Positions 10,138 through 19,179 of a stretch of DNA of 64,000 nucleotides are shown in pieces (the first letter of the stretch is position 1; each line of letters opens with the position of its first letter). The DNA is from an uncultured virus (IMG/VR IMGVR_UViG_3300005201_000009) (taxonomy: Duplodnaviria > Heunggongvirae > Uroviricota > Caudoviricetes): IMG/VR virus record IMGVR_UViG_3300005201_000009; one strand, given 5' to 3'. Made by a program: the position numbers and the translations under genes. The notes under the pieces were generated by a model. The model did no database searches. It saw only the letters and a list, made by a program, of their open reading frames with translations, and had not been told where the DNA came from.

Positions 10138-10291
10138 AATCCTCGACTGCTTTTGCTCTTTGCAGTAAGAGCCTGGGAATATCGGATTTTCCCTGCTCGC
10201 TGAGCCGTTCAAACATTCCGCTGATGTCTGTGCAGAACGACAGCATGGCTAGCTTAATTGATTCGGCGCGTATTTCTTGTTCTTCTGTCAT
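10115..10291 (-). CDS. Small antisense-oriented hypothetical protein (58 aa)
   Basis: MTEEQEIRAESIKLAMLSF...LLQRAKAVEDFIRGTPS; AGGT before ATG; below the ORF-track cutoff. Confidence 0.45.
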   Translation of the reverse strand: MTEEQEIRAESIKLAMLSFCTDISGMFERLSEQGKSDIPRLLLQRAKAVEDFIRGTPS

Positions 10292-10414
10292 ACCTATTTA
10301 TCGGACAGAAATGTTGACGGCTTTATAGGAGGACTAGATGGACACAGCGACGACGCTCACCATTGTGTTTTTTGCGATACTAATCGCAGTCATGTGGTCG
10401 GGAAGGTTTATGGA

Positions 10415-10924
10415 ATGAAGCAAGCGATGATCAATAGCATGAAGGGTGAAAAACACGATCACTTTGACACGCCGGCGTACGCGGTGGAGCCGCTGATGCC
10501 GTATATCCCGCCGAACTGCACGGTGTGGGAGCCGACCGACACAAATGGAAACAGCCAGATCGCGAAGGTGCTGCAAAAATACGGGCGCAAGGTAGTCTCC
10601 ACTTCAAAGAAAAAGTTTGACTTCCTTACCGACGCGCCGGACTTTGATTTTGATTGCATCGTAACCAACCCGCCATACTCGACTAAAGACGAGTTCCTGT
10701 ACCGGTGTTTTGAGATTGGAAAGCCGTGGGCGCTGCTGTTGCCGCTGACGGCTTTGGAAGGTGTGCGCCGGGGCGCGCTGTACCGGCGCATGGGCAAGTT
10801 CGGCGTGTTAGTGCTGGACAAGCGCGTCGAATACACCGGCGGCTCGTGCTGGTTTAACACGTCGTGGTTTTGCAACCGCCTGTTGCCGCATCCGCTGATG
10901 TTCGCGGAATTGAAGAAGGAGTAG
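10415..10924 (+). CDS. Small phage DNA N6-adenine methyltransferase
   Basis: 'FDTPAYAVEPL', 'VWEP', 'FDFL' and catalytic 'IVTNPPYS'. Confidence 0.8.
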   Translation: MKQAMINSMKGEKHDHFDTPAYAVEPLMPYIPPNCTVWEPTDTNGNSQIAKVLQKYGRKVVSTSKKKFDFLTDAPDFDFDCIVTNPPYSTKDEFLYRCFEIGKPWALLLPLTALEGVRRGALYRRMGKFGVLVLDKRVEYTGGSCWFNTSWFCNRLLPHPLMFAELKKE

Positions 10925-11082
10925 AAAGATGTCATTAGATCAGCTTCACACAAAGTTGTTGGACTCGTTTAACGCAGGCATCCCGTTGACAATCGAGCCC
11001 TATGAGATGGCGGAACTTTTTAACGACATAAAAGGGGTACTTAAGGACTATGACTATGTTAATGAAAAATTGGCGGAGTTAA

Positions 11083-13302
11083 ATGAATAAACTCTACGGC
11101 ATCGACATTGAAACGCATGATCCTCACCTAACCACCAAAGGCGTAAGCTGGGTTTACGGCGAGGGCGAAATCATTGTCACCGGAGTTTACAACGCAAAGA
11201 CAGGCACAAGGACAGCGTATAACGGCAATGGCGGACAGACGGTTAAGAAGTTGCTCGGTGATCCCGATGCAACCCTTGTTGGCGCGAATATCATCTACGA
11301 CATCGGCTGGCTATGCTATGAGCATAAACTTGCCGCGAAAGAAGTTAAGTGCTCCCTTGTCGACGTGTCGATAGCCGAGGCATCCATTGATGAGCACCAG
11401 CCGTTCAGCCTTGACGCACTGGCTTTGAAGTACCTCAAAGAGCGTAAGGGCGACAGCAAGCTCAAGGCGATAGCCGAGGCGCAGGGGCTGCGCGGCGACT
11501 TCCGCAAACATTTGAAAGCGCTGTGGGACGCTGGCTTCAAAGACGAGATAAAGGAGTATGTCATTTCCGATGCCGACCAGCCGGTGCGGATTTGGGAGAA
11601 ACAACAGAAGCGTATCCACGGCGTTATGCTGGGCGAGCGCGACGATCTTATAAAACTGCTCGACAGGAAAAGAGAAAAAGGAACGCTTACAGAATTTCAA
11701 ATTACAGAGGCGTTAGAGAATTTCGACGCGTACAACATCGAAACCGCGCTTGAAACCAACTTCAAGCTGATAAAAATTGTGCTTGGAATGAAGCAGCGCG
11801 GCGTCCGCGTTGACATGGCGAAGCGCAAGAAAAACTACGAACATTTGAAAAGCGTGCAAGACAGGCTGCAAGTCGCGTTTGAGGAGAAGTACGGCAAAGT
11901 TAACTTCAATTCGCCCAAGCAGCTCGCGGAACTGTTTGACCGCGAGCGCGTGCCGTACCGGTGCAGAATACGCGTCAAGGGTTGGCGATCAAAAGGGAAG
12001 TTTGCCAAAAGCGACTGCTTCGCCGGCTCGCAACTTTGGGAGCAGCGGAAAGAACTTAAAGCGACGTTCAACGGCATCCGCGTGGAGAAAAGCCAGCTTG
12101 TGTTATACGTGCCGAAGCAGTACGCCGGGCGCGCCAATGACGACCTTATCCGCATGGGTTATGAGACTACCTGCAATCCGAACATCGATAAGAAGGCGCT
12201 GGACATATTGAGAAAGAAGCACGCTGTCGCCGGCGCGGTCAGGGACCTGAAGCAATGCACGTCTATCATTGACAAGTTTCTCGGCCCGAAGTTCGAGAGG
12301 TTCATCGTAAAGCACGGCGAAGACAACTACCGCATCCACGCCGATTTCAACATCGTCGGAGCCCGGCGCACGGGGCGTTTTTCTTCTGCCAACCCGAACT
12401 TGCAGCAGGTTCCGTCAAAGACGGTTTTGTTCGCAAAGACGCCGGACGAGATAAAGCTGTACAAGCTGTGCCGCGAAACGATTATCCCCGACGAAGGGAT
12501 GCTGCTGGGCAAAGCCGATTATTCCGGGCAGGAGAACCGTCTTATGGCGCATTTCGCGGTTGGCGAAGGCGCGGGCGAAATTCGGCGCAAGTATAACGAC
12601 GATCCCGAGCTGGACTTTCATAAATACATCGGCGAAGTATCGGGGCTGTACGCGGAGTACGGGGCCGATGTCGGGCGCAAGTACGCGAAAAATTGCAGCT
12701 TCGGCTTGGGCTACGGCATGATGATCAACACCATGATGGAAACGTTCGGGTGGAGCAAAGAGGAAGCGGAGCGCATAACGGCGTTGTACCACGAGGGCGC
12801 GCCGTTTGTCAGGGCGACAATGGACAGGGTTTCCGAAGTAATTGTGGCGAGAGGGTTTATTAGGACGCTCGCCGGTCGCCACTGCCATCTGCGCAAGTAT
12901 AACGGCGTGCCTAACAAGCGCGATGCGTACAAGGGTTTCAATAAACTTATCCAAGGTTCCGCTGCGGACATGATGAAGCGCGCGCTCGTGCTGCTCGATG
13001 AAAAGGGGCTGCTTGATGTGTTCTCGCTATATCTGACCGTCCACGACGAAATCGATTTCGGCATACCCAAGACAGTTGCGGCGATACGGCAGCTGCCACA
13101 GATACAGGCGGTCATGGAAAACACGTTCCCGCTATCCGTGCCGATAAGGGTCGACCCGGAAGTCGGCGTCGATTGGGGGCACGTTAAGGGAAGGACGGTT
13201 AAGCGGAAGAAAATTATCGACGGCGAGGAAGTAATTGTGGAGAAGGTTTTGACTATGGAAGCGTTTTTGAAAAGGACGATTAAGGAGGTGAAGGCGGTAT
13301 GA
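11083..13302 (+). CDS. polA: Phage DNA polymerase family A with 3'-5' exonuclease
   Basis: ExoI 'IDIETH'; 'TGRFSSANPNLQQVP'; motif A 'DYSGQENR'; motif B 'RKYAKNCSFGLGYG'; motif C 'VHDE'. Confidence 0.95.
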   Translation: MNKLYGIDIETHDPHLTTKGVSWVYGEGEIIVTGVYNAKTGTRTAYNGNGGQTVKKLLGDPDATLVGANIIYDIGWLCYEHKLAAKEVKCSLVDVSIAEASIDEHQPFSLDALALKYLKERKGDSKLKAIAEAQGLRGDFRKHLKALWDAGFKDEIKEYVISDADQPVRIWEKQQKRIHGVMLGERDDLIKLLDRKREKGTLTEFQITEALENFDAYNIETALETNFKLIKIVLGMKQRGVRVDMAKRKKNYEHLKSVQDRLQVAFEEKYGKVNFNSPKQLAELFDRERVPYRCRIRVKGWRSKGKFAKSDCFAGSQLWEQRKELKATFNGIRVEKSQLVLYVPKQYAGRANDDLIRMGYETTCNPNIDKKALDILRKKHAVAGAVRDLKQCTSIIDKFLGPKFERFIVKHGEDNYRIHADFNIVGARRTGRFSSANPNLQQVPSKTVLFAKTPDEIKLYKLCRETIIPDEGMLLGKADYSGQENRLMAHFAVGEGAGEIRRKYNDDPELDFHKYIGEVSGLYAEYGADVGRKYAKNCSFGLGYGMMINTMMETFGWSKEEAERITALYHEGAPFVRATMDRVSEVIVARGFIRTLAGRHCHLRKYNGVPNKRDAYKGFNKLIQGSAADMMKRALVLLDEKGLLDVFSLYLTVHDEIDFGIPKTVAAIRQLPQIQAVMENTFPLSVPIRVDPEVGVDWGHVKGRTVKRKKIIDGEEVIVEKVLTMEAFLKRTIKEVKAV

Positions 13303-14198
13303 AGATAGTCTGCAGCGACGCGTTAGGAGCATTAAAAAAGCTGCCGGACGGCTCTGTCCACTGTTGCGTAACGTCGCCGCCTTACTACGCTTTGCGTGAT
13401 TACGGCGTTGAAGGACAAATCGGGCTTGAGAAAACGCCTTGCGATTATATACAAAAACTTGTTGCGATATTCCGCGAAGTCAAACGTGTGCTGCGCGATG
13501 ATGGCACGCTGTGGGTGAATATTGGGGACGGCTATGCCGGGAGCGGTAAGGGGGCGTGGCTAAATAAAAAGGTGCAAAAAGAGGTATATATACCTGACCC
13601 CGATTCGCCGCAGTGCAAAGTGCCGAAAACATGGCGTGGGATAAAAGCTAAAGACTTGATCGGTATTCCGTGGACGCTTGCGTTTGCGCTTCGCGACGAC
13701 GGTTGGTATTTAAGACAGGATTTAGTCTGGTATAAGCCTAATGCGATGCCCGAACCTGTAAAAGATCGTTGTACAAAAAGCCATGAGTATATTTTCTTGT
13801 TAAGCAAATCGCCGAAATATTATTTTGATAGTAATGCTACAAAAGAGATGGCAGTTCAAAAAGATCGCGTTAGAAACGACCGTATAGGCGTAAATAAAGA
13901 AGGTATTTATAACCCCGGCAACAGGATTTTTACAGGTTCTGAAACACGCAACAAGCGCGATGTCTGGATAGTAAACACCAAGCCACACAAAGGAGCGCAT
14001 TTTGCCGTCTTCCCTGAAAAGCTAATACTTCCCTGCATTTTAAGCGGCGTCCCTGAAAATGGCGTTGTGCTTGACCCATTTATGGGAAGCGGCACTGTTG
14101 GCGTTGTCGCGATAAAGAATAAGCGGGACTTTATAGGTGTTGATATAAATCCGGCTTACGTAAAGATGGCAAAGAAGCGCATTAAGGATGTGCTATGA
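13299..14198 (+). CDS. DNA N4-cytosine/N6-adenine methyltransferase (beta class)
   Basis: 'VTSPPY' near the N-terminus, 'HFAVFP', 'VLDPFMGSGT'. Confidence 0.92.
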   Translation: MKIVCSDALGALKKLPDGSVHCCVTSPPYYALRDYGVEGQIGLEKTPCDYIQKLVAIFREVKRVLRDDGTLWVNIGDGYAGSGKGAWLNKKVQKEVYIPDPDSPQCKVPKTWRGIKAKDLIGIPWTLAFALRDDGWYLRQDLVWYKPNAMPEPVKDRCTKSHEYIFLLSKSPKYYFDSNATKEMAVQKDRVRNDRIGVNKEGIYNPGNRIFTGSETRNKRDVWIVNTKPHKGAHFAVFPEKLILPCILSGVPENGVVLDPFMGSGTVGVVAIKNKRDFIGVDINPAYVKMAKKRIKDVL

Positions 14199-14367
14199 CG
14201 CGTTTTGGGGAAATGACAGAGCATACCGGAGAGCCGATTGAGCCCAGGACATGCGAGAGCTGCATTGACAAGGAAGGATGCAAGCGGCAGGTCAAGTGCG
14301 TAACCAGCGCGAGTGGGGATCGATATCGAAGCTGGAAACGCTATTGGCGTGGATCAAAGGAGGTTAA

Positions 14368-14757
14368 ATGAAGATCATCGAAGGTTTGGTAAACGGCCCG
14401 TTTAAAAGCGAGGACGCGTTCAAAGCAGCCGTACTCAAGGTATGGCGAAAAACGATGCCGCAGGCGACTTTCTTCGAGATAGAAAACGAGGAAAAGGAAC
14501 CGGGTATGCCCGATGTCTTGAAAATGTCGAGAAGCAGCCCCGCCGTCTTTATCGAGTTTAAAATTGCCGATTACTCGGGCCACGTTATGTTTCAAAAGAC
14601 GCAGCCGCTGTTCTATAAACTGCATAGGGATCTTTGGATCCACATTCTCGTGTGGGATCCAAATATGAATCGTGTCGTGAGCATGGACCCGTATGAGATT
14701 ATTGAAGCAAAAAAATTGCGTGTCAAGATTGACAACATCGATGTTTCGATTGGGTAG
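14368..14757 (+). CDS. VRR-NUC/PD-(D/E)XK nuclease (putative Holliday junction resolvase)
   Basis: 'SEDAF', 'PGMPDVL', 'FIEFK'. Confidence 0.75.
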   Translation: MKIIEGLVNGPFKSEDAFKAAVLKVWRKTMPQATFFEIENEEKEPGMPDVLKMSRSSPAVFIEFKIADYSGHVMFQKTQPLFYKLHRDLWIHILVWDPNMNRVVSMDPYEIIEAKKLRVKIDNIDVSIG

Positions 14758-14766
14758 GGGCACGTT

Positions 14767-15018
14767 ATGAGCAAGCGGTACAACGACATCTGGCCAGAGC
14801 AGGCAAAAGCAAAATGGCTGGTGCAGAAGCACGTGCAGCGGGGAAAGATAGTCAAGCCGAACAAATGCCAGATGTGCGGCCACGAGTTTCCCAAAAGCAA
14901 GCTGCAAGCGCACCACCACGATTACAACAAGCCGCTCGAAGTGTCGTGGTATTGCAGCGCGTGCCATAAAGCGGTGCACCGGCAGCTCGGTCCGGCGTGG
15001 AAAGAAAACGCCGGGTGA
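14767..15018 (+). CDS. Small HNH endonuclease-like protein
   Basis: 'KPNKCQMCG...LQAHHHDYNKPLEVSWYCSACHKAVH'. Confidence 0.8.
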   Translation: MSKRYNDIWPEQAKAKWLVQKHVQRGKIVKPNKCQMCGHEFPKSKLQAHHHDYNKPLEVSWYCSACHKAVHRQLGPAWKENAG

Positions 15019-15040
15019 CGGGCGGCAGGGAGGGGTTGGT

Positions 15041-15325
15041 ATGAAACCAGAGCGGTGCGCCGAAGTGTTGGCATCCGGGTTTAACGCGGCGCAGGAGCAG
15101 ATGAGGAAGCATCCGGCAAGGCCGGAGTATCCGCACGACTTTAGCCGCCTGTACGCGTGGCTTGAGGAGAAGCTGTACAACCTGTACGAAGCGATGGAGC
15201 TCAAGCGGTACGAACATATAAGGATTATCGCGGGCGAGATAATCGTCACCGCGTCCGAGATTGTGGAGTTTACCGAGCCGCGTTTGAGCGGCCCGAAGAT
15301 GCCGGCGAAGGAGGAGAAGTTATGA
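15041..15325 (+). CDS. Hypothetical protein (possibly degenerate MazG-like helical fold)
   Basis: 94 aa; 'LEEKLYNLYEA...IAGEI' only loosely resembles EExxE...ExxD. Confidence 0.4.
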   Translation: MKPERCAEVLASGFNAAQEQMRKHPARPEYPHDFSRLYAWLEEKLYNLYEAMELKRYEHIRIIAGEIIVTASEIVEFTEPRLSGPKMPAKEEKL

Positions 15326-16698
15326 AATGGCTCGTGATTAATATCGAAAGTTTCTCCCCCGCCGGAGTTGGACAGAAGAAAACCGTCTCCTACGACGATC
15401 TCCCGTGGGTCGTGCGGAAGTTTCTTTCTGTTTTCTCTGCACCGTTCATTGTGCTCGACGAATCGTCGAAATGTAAAGTTAACCAGCCGATGAAGGAGGA
15501 GAAAAAATCAACGCACACACGGCTGATAAAGCTGCTCAACAAGTTCGGCGACCGGATGATAATGACCGGTACGCTGATGTCAAAGTCGCCGATTAACGTA
15601 ATTGACCAGTACGAGTTTCTTAAAAGCGGCTACATACCGGAGAACGTGTGGGAGTTCGCCGAGCGTTACTGCGTGATGGAGACCATCCGCGTAGGCCGGG
15701 GGCGCAGGGTTATCATTAGCCAGAAAGACTACAAAGAGATACGTGACCGACTGAAAAGGGCGTACGCGAAGGGCGGCGATTTGCAGCTTGAGGCGGCTAA
15801 GGGGAGCGTATTTAAGCAGTACGCCATTGATTACGCGAAGCAGGAGCATATTATCAAGCATCGCAAGTATACGCCGTTTATCAATCAGGACGAGCTGATA
15901 CGGCGTATCGCGCCAGACACTATTTTCGTAAACCGCGAGGACGTGTTCGACATCAAGTTCGACAAGTTTGTCAAGGAGCCAATCATGCGCCCGGTTGACC
16001 TATCGCCGGAAGCGAAAGAGGTCGCCAATGAATTAGTAGCGCTTGGGTTTACCGATCGCATGACGCTGGGTAAAGCATCCGCGCTTGAGCTGTTGACGCG
16101 GCTGCAAGACATTTGCAATGGCTTCGAGCCTGTAAACGTTGACCCTGACTATGATAAAAAGGATTTTTTTGATGACGGTAACAAGCCGGAACGGAAAGTG
16201 GCGCACCGCCCGTTTAAAGAAAACGCGAAAGTAGACGCGATTATGGAACTGCTGGAGGAAATCGATGTTGAAAAAAATCAAGTCGTTATTTGGTGCTCTC
16301 GGAAATTGCTTATTCGAGCCTGCGCCGATGCCCTTACCGCCGCCGGAATATCCTATGTGGTCTACAACGGTAGTGCGAAAGAAAGTGATAAAGCGCAAGC
16401 GGAAGAAAAGTTTAAGAACCGCGAGGTACAGGTCTTTCTCGCAAATCAGGCGTCAGGCGCGTACGGCCTTAACTGTCTGGCTGACTGCGCCTACACCATA
16501 TGGGGTTGTATCGACGGATCGGTTGAAAAATACCATCAGGCTATGTCTCGCGTCTTGCGGGGACAGCTGTGCGCTCCAAAGTTTGCGTACGCAGTTTATG
16601 CGGAAGGTTCCGTCGAGGAAAGGCAGTGGGAAGCGCTGCGCGTCGGTCAGGAACTGTTGAGCAATGCAAACACGAAAGACGTGTTTAAGTTTGTATAG
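15322..16698 (+). CDS. SNF2/SF2 helicase, C-terminal part (lacks Walker A)
   Basis: 'VINIES', Walker B 'VLDESS', 'MTGT', 'RLQDICNG', 'GAYGLN', 'QAMSRVLR'; own RBS GGAGG. Confidence 0.85.
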   Translation: MKWLVINIESFSPAGVGQKKTVSYDDLPWVVRKFLSVFSAPFIVLDESSKCKVNQPMKEEKKSTHTRLIKLLNKFGDRMIMTGTLMSKSPINVIDQYEFLKSGYIPENVWEFAERYCVMETIRVGRGRRVIISQKDYKEIRDRLKRAYAKGGDLQLEAAKGSVFKQYAIDYAKQEHIIKHRKYTPFINQDELIRRIAPDTIFVNREDVFDIKFDKFVKEPIMRPVDLSPEAKEVANELVALGFTDRMTLGKASALELLTRLQDICNGFEPVNVDPDYDKKDFFDDGNKPERKVAHRPFKENAKVDAIMELLEEIDVEKNQVVIWCSRKLLIRACADALTAAGISYVVYNGSAKESDKAQAEEKFKNREVQVFLANQASGAYGLNCLADCAYTIWGCIDGSVEKYHQAMSRVLRGQLCAPKFAYAVYAEGSVEERQWEALRVGQELLSNANTKDVFKFV

Positions 16699-16706
16699 GA
16701 GGCGCT

Positions 16707-16905
16707 ATGGTCAGTACCGACAAAGAGAAGTGCCCGTTTTGCGGCAATGAGCATGAGGAAGAATTCATGTTGGGTAAGTGTGACGCACCGGTGCATATTC
16801 ATTAAGCACCGGTGGTACATTATATGTTCGTGCGGGGCACAGGGACCGTTTGCGCAAACAGCAGACGACGCCACAAAAAAGTGGAACAGGAGGAGCGATA
16901 AGTGA
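16707..16905 (+). pseudogene. Lar-family restriction-alleviation protein, frameshifted
   Basis: N-part 'KCPFCG' in one frame; C-part 'ICSCGAQGP...DDATKKWNRR' in the +1 frame; span 199 nt. Confidence 0.55.
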
Positions 16906-17068
16906 TAAGCAAACTGTTTAGGTGCGCTGTCTGCGGTAAAAAGACCGGCGTGCCGCTCGAAGACATTGAAAGAGGCGGGGAAGTTGCGTTGTTTGACCAA
17001 ATATTCTGCAAAGAGTGCGGGGACGCTCTTGTAGATTTAATTTACGAAAAGAAAAGCAGGAGGAACAA

Positions 17069-17344
17069 ATGACATTCGGGCAGGCAATAGCTGCGGCTAA
17101 AGAAGGCGCGCGCATCACGCGCGACGGTTGGAACGGTAAGGGGCAGTTTGTCTATTACCAACGCGGTTCTATAATCAACACGGATGATTGTAGAAATGAA
17201 ATCCTACGACAAATCGCAGAAGATCACGGGGGACAAGTAACCATCTGCCCGCATCTTGATTTCTTTTCTGCCCGCAAGGTTGTCCAGATCGGGTGGCTGG
17301 CATCGCAGACGGATATGCTCGCCGAGGACTGGAGGACGGTGTGA
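17069..17344 (+). CDS. DUF2829 / Tad2-like anti-defence protein
   Basis: 'MTFGQAI...EG.RI.R.GWNGKGQFV...GWLASQTDMLAEDW' signature. Confidence 0.8.
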   Translation: MTFGQAIAAAKEGARITRDGWNGKGQFVYYQRGSIINTDDCRNEILRQIAEDHGGQVTICPHLDFFSARKVVQIGWLASQTDMLAEDWRTV

Positions 17345-17637
17345 TCGAAGGCAACGACAGCGAAGGTTACGCGTTGTACTGCGACAATTGCGGCGATGCT
17401 TGTGACGAGATTTTTGACACGTTTAGCGAGGCGGTCGACTGGAAAACCGAACGCGGTAACGGGTGGCGCAGTATTAAGGGCAAATATGATGAGTGGCACG
17501 AAGTATGCCCGCAATGCAACCAGCCGGACATTATCGCGGAGATAAAGGGCCAAGGGCGTCGCGAGGAACCGGTGCATCCGGCAGCGGAATTGGCAAGAAT
17601 AGCTGCTCTGAACGAAGCGGAGTTTGAAGGATTTTAG
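17341..17637 (+). CDS. Zn-finger hypothetical protein
   Basis: CDNC...GW...CPQC; GTGA overlap. Confidence 0.65.
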   Translation: MIEGNDSEGYALYCDNCGDACDEIFDTFSEAVDWKTERGNGWRSIKGKYDEWHEVCPQCNQPDIIAEIKGQGRREEPVHPAAELARIAALNEAEFEGF

Positions 17638-17647
17638 GGAGGTAATT

Positions 17648-17809
17648 ATGTTTAACGTGAAAAGCTACGACGCTAAGGGAGAACTTTATCGAACGTATAC
17701 CACTATCGACGTAATCACACAGGAACATGGAAAGTTTGTGCTGCATAGTCGTAACAACGGATATACTACACTGTCGATACAAGAAGTTAAATTGGAGGTA
17801 GAAACATGA
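17648..17809 (+). CDS. Small hypothetical protein
   Basis: GGAGG RBS; ATGA overlap with thyX. Confidence 0.5.
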   Translation: MFNVKSYDAKGELYRTYTTIDVITQEHGKFVLHSRNNGYTTLSIQEVKLEVET

Positions 17810-18447
17810 AAATTGTAGGGCAGAGGCACGAAATTATTTATCCGGCTTTACCGGACGGCTGGGAAGCAGAGTGTATGGACATTGAGATAGCTGGACGCAC
17901 GGCATACAGGTCGGAAGAAAAAATTACCGACGATTCATGGAAGTCTTTTATCGAAATGATTATTAAACGTGGCCACGAAGCAGTGCTTGAGTTCGGCATA
18001 ATGAAGGTCAAGTTTATTACCGATCGCGGTATAAGCCACGAGCTGGTGCGTCATCGGCTGTGCTCATTTGTGCAAGAATCGACGCGGTACTGCAATTACA
18101 GCAAGGACAAGTTCGGTAACGAGCTTGCGTTTATACAACCTACCTCTTTTTGCAGGTGGACAGGTAGTCAACAAAAAATGTGGCATGATGCTTTAGTAGA
18201 TGCAGAGAGCAAGTATCTTACACTAATTAAGCTAGATAGTTCTCCGCAGCAGGCTCGTTCCGTCCTGCCTAACAGTTTAAAAACCGAGATATGCGTCAGC
18301 GCGAACTTCCGCGAGTGGCGGCACATATTCCGCCTGCGCGCGATAAGCAAAGCCGCGCATCCTGATATGCGCGCGCTGATGATACCTCTATACAACGAGT
18401 GCCGCAAAGCATGCCCGGAGGTGTTTGAGATGGGAGACCCGGAATAG
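17806..18447 (+). CDS. thyX: FAD-dependent thymidylate synthase
   Basis: 'GHEAVLE', 'HELVRHRLCSFVQESTRY' (RHRx7S), 'ARSVLP', 'NFREWRH'. Confidence 0.95.
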   Translation: MKIVGQRHEIIYPALPDGWEAECMDIEIAGRTAYRSEEKITDDSWKSFIEMIIKRGHEAVLEFGIMKVKFITDRGISHELVRHRLCSFVQESTRYCNYSKDKFGNELAFIQPTSFCRWTGSQQKMWHDALVDAESKYLTLIKLDSSPQQARSVLPNSLKTEICVSANFREWRHIFRLRAISKAAHPDMRALMIPLYNECRKACPEVFEMGDPE

Positions 18448-18604
18448 CTATGCGTCGCGTCAAAGTAAGCCATACCGCCAAGTGCCGTGGATGCTGTGCC
18501 GTGGAAGAGAAGCGTGTTGACAAGCCGCGTCGGCACTTCAGACTGTGGTGTCGTAGATACCGAAGCTGGTGCGTGTGGTGCGCCAAAAACTGTGGAGGGC
18601 TGTT

Positions 18605-18952
18605 ATGAGTAGTAAAGTTCCGCTGTCGTGGAAGATTGAAGGATTTATTTCTGACAAAGTGCCATGGGCGTGGCAGATTAACGCGCTCGCGTACGCGACG
18701 CGCAATATCCTTGCGACCGTTGCTGACTGTGGCGTCGGCAAAACGCTGTTCGCCATCATGGTCGCGCTGATAAAAAACAAGCCGGTTATCGTAATAGCGC
18801 CGACGCGCCGGCTGTGCGCCCAATGGAAGGACGACATCGAGAAGTCCGTCGCGAACGCTGACGTGTGGCTGTATTCGAAGCCGGAGGAAACAAAGCAAGG
18901 CGTGAAGTATCAAGAGAGGTTTGAGCAATGGTTAACGGAGGCAAAAGTATGA
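18605..18952 (+). CDS. SF2 helicase, N-terminal part (Q-motif, Walker A, motif Ia)
   Basis: 'PWAWQ', 'ADCGVGKT', 'VIVIAPT...QW'; GGAGG RBS. Confidence 0.8.
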   Translation: MSSKVPLSWKIEGFISDKVPWAWQINALAYATRNILATVADCGVGKTLFAIMVALIKNKPVIVIAPTRRLCAQWKDDIEKSVANADVWLYSKPEETKQGVKYQERFEQWLTEAKV

Positions 18953-19179
18953 TTATTAAAGTGGGTGATATTATTCGTATCACCAAAGGCAAAGGACATC
19001 TCTATGAGGTAACAGCTGTCTGCCTCGGCGGCACACGAAATGAGGACCTAGTGGAACTCATGTCGTTGACCGAAGAACCGGGCAGTGATAGCGGAGGCAC
19101 GGTGCGCGGTACAACGATTGTACCGCTACCGATTATCCAAAGATGCTTCGAGTATCTTTACAGGCGGGCGGCGCTATGA
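18949..19179 (+). CDS. Hypothetical protein (DUF1653-like)
   Basis: 'KGKGHLYEVTAV...EDLV'; ATGA coupling. Confidence 0.5.
   Translation: MIIKVGDIIRITKGKGHLYEVTAVCLGGTRNEDLVELMSLTEEPGSDSGGTVRGTTIVPLPIIQRCFEYLYRRAAL

Noticed and set aside
11083..13302. Possible intein or modified-base (DpoZ-type) polymerase
   Set aside because: Insertions are short and lack splicing motifs; no purZ or other base-modification pathway genes are seen.
14341..15249. 302-aa - strand ORF
   Set aside because: Antisense to three well-supported + strand genes (VRR-NUC, HNH, hypothetical).
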